From Paraspadella gotoi (taxonomy: Eukaryota; Animalia; Chaetognatha): a stretch of 64,000 nucleotides of DNA. The stretch covers positions 16,419,010 to 16,483,009 of the forward strand of contig CM119269.1 in the NCBI GenBank assembly GCA_051294375.1, written 5' to 3'. Below the pieces are notes generated by a model. The model saw nothing but the letters and a program-made list of their open reading frames with translations. It was not told where the DNA came from and did not search any database. The translations under genes were made by a program, and so were the position numbers. The number at the start of each line of letters is the position of its first letter. The first letter of the stretch is position 1. Below, one piece after another: positions 1-11,599 of this stretch.

Positions 1-256
1 TTCCCCCGCGAGAACATAACTAAGTTAAAATTTTATTTAAATCTCCTCGTTTCATTCAAAATAAAAACTTTTTAAAAAAATAGGATTAAAAATTTTAAAT
101 TTCAAAATTCAAAAATTACTTAACGCTACGCAGTCATTAAACTGGATTAACAATGATATAAAGGTAGCCAAAAAAATTTCTGTTTTACTAATTACAACAA
201 AATTGTACGATTTCTTTTTGTTCAATGTGAATATTTATATAAACTGTCGGGTCACG

Positions 257-313
257 ACTGAAGGTGTCATGCTTATAGGCGGGGTGAACTTATGCAATGC
301 CTGACTACAGATA
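257..313 (+). repeat. 57-bp dispersed repeat, copy 1 (copy 2 at 3630-3686)
   Basis: The two copies align without gaps at 50/57 positions by manual comparison. Confidence 0.85.
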
Positions 314-1090
314 TTACATTTTTTTTCTCGGTCTTTTTAAAAATTTGACAAGTCATATTTTTTTCTTTCAATAATTCAAACAATCTTTTCAAACAACTTT
401 TCTACTTTTTGAAAACTTACCCTGCTATGACAATAGATTAAAAGATATTTGATAAATTACTATAAAACTAGAGTATATTTTTGGAATACTGAAGTTTGGT
501 TTTCAATATAAAACTTTTTCGTTACTCCAATCGTTTAGCACTCTAATTTGATAAATAAAAAAAAAACCAACAATAAAAAACCTTTTTCAATTTGTGTGTC
601 TGAGATTCCCAAGAAAATCAAGAATTCTTGTTGATGACGCAATTGCAAGACAACGGGAGGCAAGAGAGGCTCAAGGATGACCTTGCGTGTTTTCATCAAT
701 TCGTCCCCATAACTTTTTTTCCCTAAAAATTGGGAAAAGTATGTTGCGCAAAGACACTCAAAGTCATTTTGAGAAAGGACATTTTAAAAATAATATCAGT
801 TTTTGACTTTCCACAAATATTTATTATACAAAATTATTTAATTCGTTGTGCTTTAATTGTATTTTTCATAATTTAATTCAACATTGTAAATTAAATCAAA
901 TTCTATTCAGTTTTATTCATTCGGGCTGAATATTTGTTTTATTGCTAATAAGAATGGTTAATAATAGTAATTGTAAATACTCTATATAATAAGCCTTGGC
1001 AACAGGTGGGAGTGGAGATTCGAAATATTTCTTCGTTTCTGATAACCGATCGCCTGAGGCGGAGCGAATCCTCTCTCCGATTTTCCTGGG

Positions 1091-1203
<113 letters not shown>

Positions 1204-1531
1204 GCCATCTCATGTCAAAGACATTGGCCGTCATTGGAATTGCAATATACCCGTAACAATTCCCCCACTAACGTCTGAATCCGCGACGAAGCCGGCTTTT
1301 TAAATTTAAAGTTGAACGACCTCGATTTTATCATTAATTAACCCTAGGAGTGAACCATTCACAAATTTCTCATACCGACCATAATACTCACTATCCATAT
1401 TGACACAATTGATTATTTTTTTCTATTTTTTTTAAGAACCAACTAGTTTTTTTTTTTATATAAATAATTTGGACCATTCCGCAACGGCGACGGGTAACGT
1501 TCGCCCAGTAGCGCCTAGGGTGCGACGTCGG

Positions 1532-1766
1532 TATAAATACAGGGGTTCTCTCTTCTTCTCCCCCAGTCACCATTTTCAGAATATATCTCTCGATCAAACT
1601 CGTAAATATATATATCGAAATAACGAACGATTTTTTAACGAATTTCCGCTTCGGACCCGAACTGTAAGTTTAATATTTAATTAATTAATTTCATTGAAAT
1701 ACATCGCTAGAACGAATTATAAATCGACAAATGAAATTTTTCTTTTTTGTCCTTTTCTCCTTCCAG
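1532..1766 (+). promoter_or_regulatory. Core promoter and 5' UTR intron of the PAN-EGF-TSP1-SRCR gene
   Basis: TATAAA at 1532-1537 and an Inr-like CCAGTC about 30 nt downstream (A at 1565). Donor GTAAGT at 1664; polypyrimidine tract with CAG acceptor ending at 1766, 64 nt before the ATG. Confidence 0.55.
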
Positions 1767-1830
1767 ACCATCTCCCTTTTTCTTCTTTCTCTTATCTTAT
1801 TAAGAAGAAGGAAAACTAGATTAGCGCGAG

Positions 1831-4800
1831 ATGAAATTGAGCATTTGCTTGGCGGCGCTGACGTGCCTGACGGCCGTCTCGACGACCACCCTCAAAGAGG
1901 CGGTCTGGCAGATCACGCCCACCCAGAGCCTCGGGTACGATTCGGTCAATTCCTACCTGAGAGGAAATATCTTCGAAAGCATCGAGGACGTGAGGCTCGT
2001 CTCGCTCTGCGCGGGACTTTGCTTGAAGGACGCGAGGTGAGGAAGGGAGGGTAAGGTGGTGGGAATTGGGTAAGGCTTTATTGGGAAGTAGGAACTAGGA
2101 AGGTTTTAGAGGGGGAACCAGGAAAGGATAAATCAATGGATGGTTTGAACGAAAGAAGGAAAAAAAAAGTATTGCGGAAAAAAGAATGAATGAAATAAAA
2201 ATTAAAACTTATTATATGAATGGATAATTTTTATATTGGTTGTACCAATTTCATAAGAATGACTTGAATAGTGGGATAAAGATGGAGAAAGCGAAAAAGC
2301 AAGATTAAAGGGAGACAATGTAAACATTGTTAACTTACAAATCCTTAGACAATTTCCACCTTGAATGTTTTTAGCTCGACAACTTCTTTTAACACTAGTG
2401 ACCGCCTCCTTTCTTTACCTTAACTTTCCAGATGCCAATCCTTCAATATGCGCTACGAACATTTGACCTGTGACCTGAACCGCGCTACTGATCTCGATCA
2501 CCCGGAACAACTTTTGTCCCAAAACGGATCCCGATATTACAGGTCAAAAAGATAGAAAAATCCAAAGATTCGTTCGTCGTTTAATTTTTGATGAAAAGGA
2601 AAATTAATTTGACTCGCTCTGAATGTAATCGAAACTCGTTACCGCGAAGCGCATTTTCATATATCTTCTTGTCTCTTCTTTTTTGTTCATTCCACAAGCC
2701 ATAAATATACAATATTTGATAATTTGATAATGTTTTTTTCTTATTTTCAATCTCTAATATATATATATATATTTATCTCTCATCTCAATCCAGGCGTTCG
2801 GACTGGGAAGTGGACCGTAACGCCCTCGGTGAATGCCACAGCAACCCCTGCAAGAACAAGGGACGCTGCATCGAGAGTTGCGATGACCGGAACCAGCGAA
2901 AATACCAGTGCATCTGTCTCTCCGCGTTCACGGGAGATATGTGCCAATATCGGGTAAAGCGAAGAAAGAAGGCTTCGGTCTGGGGCTTGACTTAAAAGGC
3001 ATTCTTCCTCCAAGACCAAGGGCATGTACACTTTCAAAGCTGTCTTCAGTGGTAGACGACCAAGGCTGCATACAGAATGTTTGTCAAAGTAGGGGGATCG
3101 AATATAAAAAGAGAGAGGGAGAGAGAGGAAGGGGGAAGGCGATCTCTTTGCCCAAGAACCGTTTTTGTTGTTTACCTATGTTTTAATATACAGAAGGCTT
3201 CATATTAGAAAATGCTCTTTCGTTTTTTTCGAACCGAGAATCGGTTACGAAAAAACTACGAGACCGACATTGATGACATTTTGCATGAACTAACTATATC
3301 ATAGACGGTCTATCGGTATATGGTAATAGAAATGGGACTATCGAGGGGATTTTTGAAATTTGACCTATGACCCGAGATATGGGCCCCTAAGAGGTCAGCC
3401 CAGGTAGGCAACAAATGGACAACATTTTTTTTCAATTTTTTAAATTTTTTTTATCCAGAAACGTTTATTTGTCCAGAAAAGTAAATCTATTATTGTGAAA
3501 AACCAATTTTTGCCATATTTCCAGGATCATGAACATAGGAGGTTCATGCCAGCTTTCGTGAGGAGAGCAAAAATTAGATCTAAAATGATGGACTAACAAT
3601 GTTTAAAAGAAGAAAAATCAATTTAAACAACTGAAAGTGTCATGCTTCTCGGCGGGGTGAACCTAGGGAATGCCCGACTACAGATACTGTACGCAAAATC
3701 GTATCAAATTTGGTTCATTAATTTGTTAGAACCGATACTTGGTTGGAAAAAGCGAAAGAGCACTTTCTAATATGAATCCTTCTGTATATATCGATCCACC
3801 AATAGGCATGGTATTCATGAGAAGCCTGTTGATTAATATTTTTGCTTTCTTGATTGCTTCGCTGACTGATACGATGGATTGCTTCTTCTTTCTGTCAATC
3901 GTTTTTCTTTTTTTATCGATCGACCGCTTTCATTTCAGGCCGAATCCGCAGAGTGGAGCAAATGGACAGAGTACAGTCCTTGCACCGCTTCCTGTGGAGA
4001 TGGCGTCTCGACTCGTAGACGATTTTGCACGGACAACAACAAATCCCAACGAAGCCCGCTTGGTGAGTCAAATTTCGTAAACATACTTATATAATTTTAT
4101 ATTCATTTTTACTAACTACTGCAAATAAACTTTTATATTGATTGTAACGATATGTATTATATTACACGGTATATTTTACCATATACATTACCATTAAACT
4201 AATAAGAACTAATTAACAGTCGACTGACAAAATATTTCCTTTCTCTGCGGCTCAAAACAAAAACAATGAGCAGCAACTCGGAACTTCAATCATTTTTCGT
4301 TGGTGTCTCACAGATTGCTTTGGATCGGACATTGAGTTCAAGTATTGCGAAATGGGGCCTTGCCCTCGCTTCTCAGACTGGTCACCTTGGTCCGCCTGCC
4401 AATCGACGAAGCACTGCGGCCTGGGATCCAAGACAAGGGACCGAACTTGCACCTACAATGGGAAAGTCGGCGAGGACAGGCGGTGAGTTTAGAACTTTCG
4501 AAGTCGTGGTTGATGGCCGTTCAAACCAATAAGAACCGTAGCTTCCAAAACGATTTGAAAAGACACCGTTTTCTGAAGAGTTCCTCCCTCTGTCTGTCTC
4601 TTTGTCTCATTTTCTCTCTTTCGGTTTCATGCTCTCTCTTAGTCTCTTTGATCTCTCATGGCAAAGGAGGGACATGTGTGATGCCTGGGGTGTGAGGCAT
4701 ATGCCGACAGCTGGCGCTCAGGGCTTTGGAACTGCAGTGACCACCGTATGACACTGGCGTGTTTATGCCGAAACTATCACACTTTAACCAGCGTGACAGT

Positions 4801-7800
4801 GAGGGGATTAAAACCGGAACTCTCGGTTGGTGAACGAGTACTTAGCTGTCCAAGCCAATGGGACAAGCGGTGTTTTACCAAGATATACGGGAGGCGTATT
4901 TAGGATTCGCCACACACTCTTCTTTTCCCTCTCTCTTTCCTGTTTCTTTCTTCCTATCCTAGAAGAAAGAATCTAATTAAAAATAAAGGTCAGAAAAAAA
5001 TGTCGACATGAAAAGTAACGGCAGAAACGCAGTTTATCATCAACAAAGTGTTTGACATATCTAAATTCCTACTTAGACTTATTAATTTTGAAAAGAATAT
5101 CTTGCTCCTATTGGGATAATCATGGAATTTCTTCATAGTTTTCTTCATTTCTTAATATTTTTATTGCGATTCCTAAAACAACTTAAAAACGATGTCGATG
5201 AGCGAAATTTGACGGATTGCCAAAGGTAAAGAAAAATCCAAAATGTTGTAAAAATGTCGTACGGTAAGAACATTTCCATCTACTAGAAAAGTTGTATTAC
5301 CCGTTCGAGATCAGAACAACTGCTTGTTTAATACGATGACGTCAGCAATAGAGCGTAGTAAAAGTGGCCTTATATTATATAGTACTATCAAAGATTATAA
5401 GAAATTTAAGTTTTAAATATATATATTTTTAAAAAAATTGATGACAGATTTGAATTGCTCGTCGAAAATTGATAAAGTGGCTTAAAAATAAAAAAAAAAA
5501 CCAAAAAAAAAAAAACAAACTATCTAAAATACAAAAATCTCTACCCCATTGGCCTATATATGTCTCAACAGGGCGCGAACTAATCAACGTATTGTTTTCT
5601 CATTTTTGCAGATGCGTCGGCCCGGTAGAGGACACCACGACCTGCCAGGCGTTGGACTGTCTCACTCCAATTCGATTGGACGGAGCCGTCGGCGAAGGCG
5701 TCCTTCAAATTTTCAACGAGAAGAACGACAAATTCGAAGGAGTTTGCGGCCTTAATTTTGACCAACAGGTGATATCCACAGTCCACACCCAAGGAGGCTA
5801 AAAGTCTATATATCTTTATCATTTAAAATAGGCTCGAAAATTAGTAAATTTAAAAAAAAAATATTTAATTAAATGACGAACTCTACGTGAGGGTCCTTCC
5901 ACACAATTCGCGATTGATGCTTCACTCGATGAATGAGTTGAATAGAATGATTGATTTAACGTGCATCAATTCATTCAAAATGAATTGATTAATTATTTAA
6001 TTTATCCCTCGTGGACTCCCCAAGGCCGGAGACGTGGCCTGTCGCCAAATGGGCTTCGCCGGCGTCCACAAAGTGGAAGTCGAAGAAGACTCCACCTCGA
6101 CCTACTTGATCAAAAGCGTTCTGTGCGAGGGGACTGAAGATTCCATCGCCTCCTGTCGTCACTTGGTCACTTCATCCGACACGACTTCATCCGACACGTG
6201 CAACAAAAGAGCAAAGGTGGGCGTGGATGCATAGTAATGGATCGATAGATCGATTTGGCAGTGAAGTAATGAATAAATAATCAATAATCAACCAGTTAAT
6301 TACCTATATCTATAATTGAAAAATAAATGGGATATAACAAATAAAAAATTAAACAAACTAATCAATCAATCCGTCACAAAATAGCACAAATCAAAAATTA
6401 ATCAATAAGAGGATTTGGATCCAAAACGAATTAAGTAAACATTGGTGTATTTGAAAATAATATCAAATAAACCAATGTTTACTTATTTCGTCAAATATCG
6501 AACACAACGAACCGAAAGAGAATATATATATACAATGATCCAAAACTTATAATTTTATTTAAATGGGTAGAGAATTTTCCATCTTCTTATGCATTCTCCC
6601 AGGTGACATGCAAAGTAAACGGTGGCTGGGGCGCATGGTCGGCATGGAGCGAGTGTTCAGTGAGTTGCGCAAATGGAATTGAAACGCGAAGCCGCAATTG
6701 CGATTACCCACCGGCTAAGAACGGGGGAGCCGCTTGTGAAGGAGAAGGTTAGATCGTCAATCCAAATTTATATCCTCATAAACATTAATTAAAAAAAAAA
6801 AGGAATTGGTAGGAGATTATAAATTGATTTTCAGCTGTGGAAACTAAACCTTGTGAGAAAAAGCCGTGTCCAGTGCCCGGTTATTTGACCCAATGGACGG
6901 AATGGGGCGTAAGTAATGATTCCACGTTCATTTCTTTTTTTCATTCTCTTTTGTTTGTAATTTATCAAGCCAATTTACTTATATTGTTTTACAAAATGAT
7001 TTTTTGTTTTTATAACAACTTTTTTAATGGGACCTCTCCCTTTCACTCTCTCTCTCCCATTTCGGCGTAGAAATGCGACCAAATATGCGGCGACGGCAAC
7101 AGATATCGAACGCGCACTTGCGTGCAGCCAAAGCACGACGGCGCTTCTTGTCCGGAAGGCGATATGAAAGAGTCTGAGGCATGCAATATCGCGCCTTGCC
7201 CTAAGGACGGGAAGTGGAACGATTGGCAACCATACGGAGAATGCTCTCTCTCATGCGGCGGAGGTAGGGCGGGGGCGAAATGAACAACACAACAATTCGT
7301 AAGGCGCCTGTACAATTAAGAATTCTTCGCGAGTGCAACTCAATGTGGTGAAAGTTGCGTAAGATAAGATTATCGTCGCTCTTCAGGAATTAAGATTAGC
7401 GTGAGGACCTGCACGGAGGTGCAGTTCGGTGGAAAGGATTGCGAAGGACCCAATGAAAAGTCCGAGGTCTGCAACGATATTGACTGTCCAGAGGACGGGA
7501 AGTGGAAACCTTGGTCGGGGTGGTCGACGTGCACTGAGTCGTGCGACTCGGGGGAGACAATCCGGACGAGGGAATGCATCTCACCGAAGAACGGAGGGAA
7601 GGATTGTGAGGGTAAGTTCCTTCAACGAACCAAACGACTCGACAGATCTTGATTCTCTATTGTTAGAAGGAGTTTCTCTCATCCCTTCTTTCTGTTTTTA
7701 ATATGATATATACTTTTTAGAGTTGTGAAATCCTTTGCTGGTATCAGGCGTTAATATGCGTATGTCACGAACTAAAAAAAACCCAAATTGTCAAAAAAAA

Positions 7801-8093
7801 AACAAAAAAAATAACAAAAAAACAACCCAGAAATTAACTTCGTAAAACCGCGCTTATGTAACCATTTTTTCGCTTTTCTATTCTCCCATTTCTTCCCTTT
7901 TCCCCCCTTTTCCCCCGCCCCCCAAAGGGGACTCGTCCGAGAAAAAAGCCTGTAATGAAACGCCTTGTCCCAAGGACGGCGTGTGGATGGACTGGGGTCC
8001 CTGGCCTGAGTGCGACAAGGAATGCGGAGGTGGCTCTCAAACGCGCGTGAGAGAATGTGACGGTAAGATTTCACGGAGAGAGAGAAAGAGAAC

Positions 8094-8127
<34 letters not shown>

Positions 8128-10601
8128 AGAATCTTTCCTAAAATTTATTTTTTGTTTGTTTTAAATTTAGACCCCAAATTCGGCGGACTGGACTGCCCAG
8201 CCAATGAGGGGACAGACACCCGACAATGTAACATCGGCAAATGCCCAATAGATGGAAAATGGGGGAATTGGACGGCTTGGGAACCTTGCTCTGTGACCTG
8301 TGGAGGTACAAAAAAGAAGAAAAATTCTTGTGAGAATGGATCAATTAAGAGAGTCAGAAGTGCAACAACAAAATTTTTTGTTGTTGTCATTTATTTTTCC
8401 CCATTCCTTGGGTTAACAATGGTGGAGATCAAAAACAAAATATTTAAAAAAGTAGACTCCGGCCTGAAACAAGAATTGAAGTTGAAAATGAAGAATACTT
8501 GACACTAGCGGCAGCAAGATTTATAGTCACAGAACAGAAGACTTTTACAGAAATACCAACTCAGGATAAATAATTGACGAAAAAAAAAAGAACTATTGAC
8601 CCAAAACCCTGCCCCTTTAATACGTTTCATTTATTTTACTTACACGTGAGAGCAATTTTTTTTTCAAAATCTATCTACAGGTGGAAAGGAGCAAAGAACG
8701 AGAACATGCATCGGTCCGTTTTGGAGCGGGGCAGAGTGCCAAGGTAAGTTGTGTTTTACTTGCGCCTCGAGTACTCGAGAAACTCTATAAGACACTTGGG
8801 TTTAGGTCGGTCGGTTGGTTTTTTTGTCCGACTTAAGACGTTTAAGTACGCATAACTTTTATAATACTCAGCCATTTTGATCAATACTTTTCTGATTTAG
8901 TGGTTTTTGTAGCTTGAGTAATGACTATATTACGAATCTCTTTTTATCAAGTCAAAAAGAAAATTTAATCATATTTTTTTTGCAACAAAAAATATCTTTT
9001 TTTTGCAGCCTGAAATTAGCACGAATGGACTAAAAATTGTTTTATCGTTGCAAAAAAGCAAAAAATATGGCTTGTTTATTGGCTCATGTCTATGCATGCT
9101 ATTTAAAAATTTAAAAAACTAAAACTCGCCTAACGTGCCCGACTTATTTTGTCTCAATAGCGGGACCAACCGATGATGGAAAGATCGTTGGGGAAATTCA
9201 CGAACGAGAGTGCAATGTAAACGAATGCCCAGTAGATGGAAAGTGGACCACTTGGAGCCCATGGACTAACTGCTCCAAAACTTGCGGAGGTGGAACAACG
9301 CAGGTGAGAGGGTTTCATGCAATTGGTAATTGGTAATGAAATTGGGATCCATTCATTCGGTAAACATCATCCTAAAGGCACCGAGAGATTTGATATGAAG
9401 ATGGATAACCCCGGTATCGTTTCCTTATTATAATTTCTTAATATCTTTCCAGCGAACCCGTGAATGCAATCCCCCTGCTAAGTTCGGGGGGAAAGATTGC
9501 GAGGGCAATTCTATAGAAATCGAGGTGAGTACAACTCGTCATACTTCTTTACATTTTTTAAATATTTTTTTTAACAGTGGTTCAGAAAATATTTTAATAA
9601 TGGAATTGAAATTTGTACCAATATAAAATATTGTGGACGCAACAATAAATAAATAACTTGTTGCGTCCACACGATTCTATTAAAAAAAATTCACCTTGAG
9701 CATCCATTAAAGGCGGTACTGTGGCGGTATATTCACACCGCCTCACATCCACCATCGTTCAGCCAATCCCATTGGCTCTGAGAGGGAACACACCATCCCA
9801 TTCTGAGTCCTAACGATTTCCCTCTGCGTTGGCAAAGCGAGACCGTTCTAGGATAACCGCGCCAGTGACAGGAGGCGTCACTGAGGGTCGGAAGCCCCTA
9901 AAGTCAACAGTGAGATACCCTATCCCAATGGGCATCACAGGCGATCCGACTGTTGCCATGGTACAAGCCTTTTTGACTGCTCTTATAAGAAAGGCCAGTT
10001 GACTGTTGACAGCTTTCTAGGAGTCGTGATTGACGTCTTTGTTGTCTACCCTCGAGGGGATTGCTATTAGGAAAACTGCAGTCCATAGTCGTTGTCTTTT
10101 CTTTTTGCCAAAGAAAAGGTGCGGAAAAATCCGACATATGATGTAAATTTGATTAGTTTGTGGTTCCGAACATTTTTGCTGTCAATTAACCTTTTTGTTG
10201 GTTTGAGTCGGAAAAGAGCTGGACCCGCTGTCACGAATTGAAAAGTAGCTTAGCGAGATATTTAAATGCTTATTGTATAATGTAACATGTGTATTATACC
10301 CAAGTTACTCATCATGTTTCGTTTTAAAATCCAAATTCAATGATTCTCTCTTTTTAATGATATTCAGGATTGTAACGACATCAAATGTCCAGTGGATGGT
10401 AGATGGGAGTTCACCGAGTGGAGTCCGTGCGTGGATGGGAAAAAGGCAAGCGATGGAGTTTTGTTTAACAGTTTACATTTCTAACTATTCTATTTGCGAA
10501 ATTGTTCCTAGACCCGTGATCCCATCGAGCCCTGCATCGACCCTCTATTGGGGGGAAATCCGTGCCCGCCGAAGCCCTTGCAGCAAGAGGATATCTGCTA
10601 G
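1831..10601 (+). CDS. Secreted multidomain protein (823 aa): signal peptide-PAN/Apple-EGF-TSP1x2-SRCR-TSP1x8
   Basis: 18 phase-consistent exons: 1831-2036, 2432-2542, 2794-2953, 3939-4062, 4314-4482, 5612-5768, 6025-6216, 6603-6747, 6835-6908, 7071-7263, 7387-7611, 7928-8062, 8171-8305, 8681-8743, 9161-9303, 9453-9524, 10368-10445, 10512-10601 (sum 2472 nt, ends in TAG). Motifs: [17 protein letters not shown] (signal peptide); [16 protein letters not shown]...TCDLN (PAN); [12 protein letters not shown]...[14 protein letters not shown] (EGF); IRLDG..GEGVLQI...DVACRQMGF...[15 protein letters not shown] (SRCR); repeated DGxWxxWxxWxxCSxSCGGG..RxRxC (TSP1). No TM segment seen. Confidence 0.92.
3630..3686 (+). 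repeat. 57-bp dispersed repeat, copy 2
   Basis: ACTGAAAGTGTCATGCTTCTCGGCGGGGTGAACCTAGGGAATGCCCGACTACAGATA matches 257-313. Confidence 0.85.
4690..4870 (-). mobile_element. Degenerate tRNA-derived SINE-like fragment
   Basis: GC-richer intronic block with A-box-like TGGCTTGGACAG (~4857-4846) and B-box-like GGTTTTAATCC (4815-4805) on the minus strand. Confidence 0.35.
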
Positions 10602-11329
10602 AACGACGAAAGAACTTTGGCCGCGACCCGACACCGCGGTATCGTGCGATCCCGACCGGCGAATTAGGTTGCCGGTTTCAACGGTGCCATGCCGAATGAG
10701 CTGAGGTCCGGCTGTGCCGAACCCATTGTGCAGAGATCGGCAGTGCCGAACCCAATGTTGGGACATCGGTAGAGCCGAAGCCCGATGCGCGGGCATTGGC
10801 GGTATCAACAATGTTGTTTGGGTCTGGCATCCTGTTCGTTGTCGGGTCGTTCCAAATATATAAAAAAAAAAAAAAATTAAAATCCGGAATTGTTTTTGGA
10901 ACCTGAACTTCTTACATATTAATTGTTTGAAAATGAGAATATGCGCTTTCCTAGAATTCAGAATTTTAATTTTCACGCTTTGTATTTCACGCGATGATTT
11001 GTTTTTAACGATTTTGCTTTCGCACGACGACGTTGGAGATGCCACTAGGTATTTCCTACTCAATTATTCAATTTAAAAAAAAAACAAAACAAAACCAATT
11101 GTAAATCTAGTTTAAGTTGGAGAAAATTGTAAATTCTTTCGTGTTTTTGTTAAAAAATGCGAAAATTATTCTAATATTGCCAAACTGTTTTTATTTTAAC
11201 ATTTTATTAAATGAGAATACAAAATTATCTAATTTCACTTATGTAAAACCGCTTATTTTAAAGCTGTAGGTTTTTTAAGAAAGACCTGATCTATTAGATT
11301 AGATTAGTTAGATTAGATTCGTTAATGAT

Positions 11330-11477
11330 ACCTCGAAGGGGCGTAGGGGCAGTAAGCCCTCGATGACTTCCTATCACAGTCATGTTTATAACAGAAACGG
11401 GAAACTCGGGGATTGAACCAGGGACGCACGGTTCAGACGAGTTGATTTTTGCCCGCTTAGCCAATAAACCGAGACGT
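11330..11477 (-). mobile_element. tRNA-derived SINE head/fragment
   Basis: Minus-strand A box TGGCTAAGCGG (11463-11453) and B box GGTTCAATCC (11419-11410) at tRNA-like spacing, without a convincing cloverleaf. Confidence 0.55.
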
Positions 11478-11599
11478 AGAAAACAGTGGTGACTGGTGAG
11501 GCCGATTCAGTCTCACTAGTCGATAAGATCATTTAATCGCAACGGAGTCGGAGGTGCTTACTTTTGCTCAGTTAGATAGTCGGGCCCGAGTGGCCCTAC

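Noticed and set aside
9860-10070. RNase MRP/P or telomerase RNA
   Set aside because: The P4 consensus motifs and a telomeric template were not found.
10682-10800. CRISPR-like repeat/spacer array
   Set aside because: Eukaryotic context, very short degenerate repeats, related spacers and no cas genes.
11400-11477. tRNA gene
   Set aside because: A and B boxes are present but no acceptor or anticodon stems could be formed; more consistent with a SINE head.
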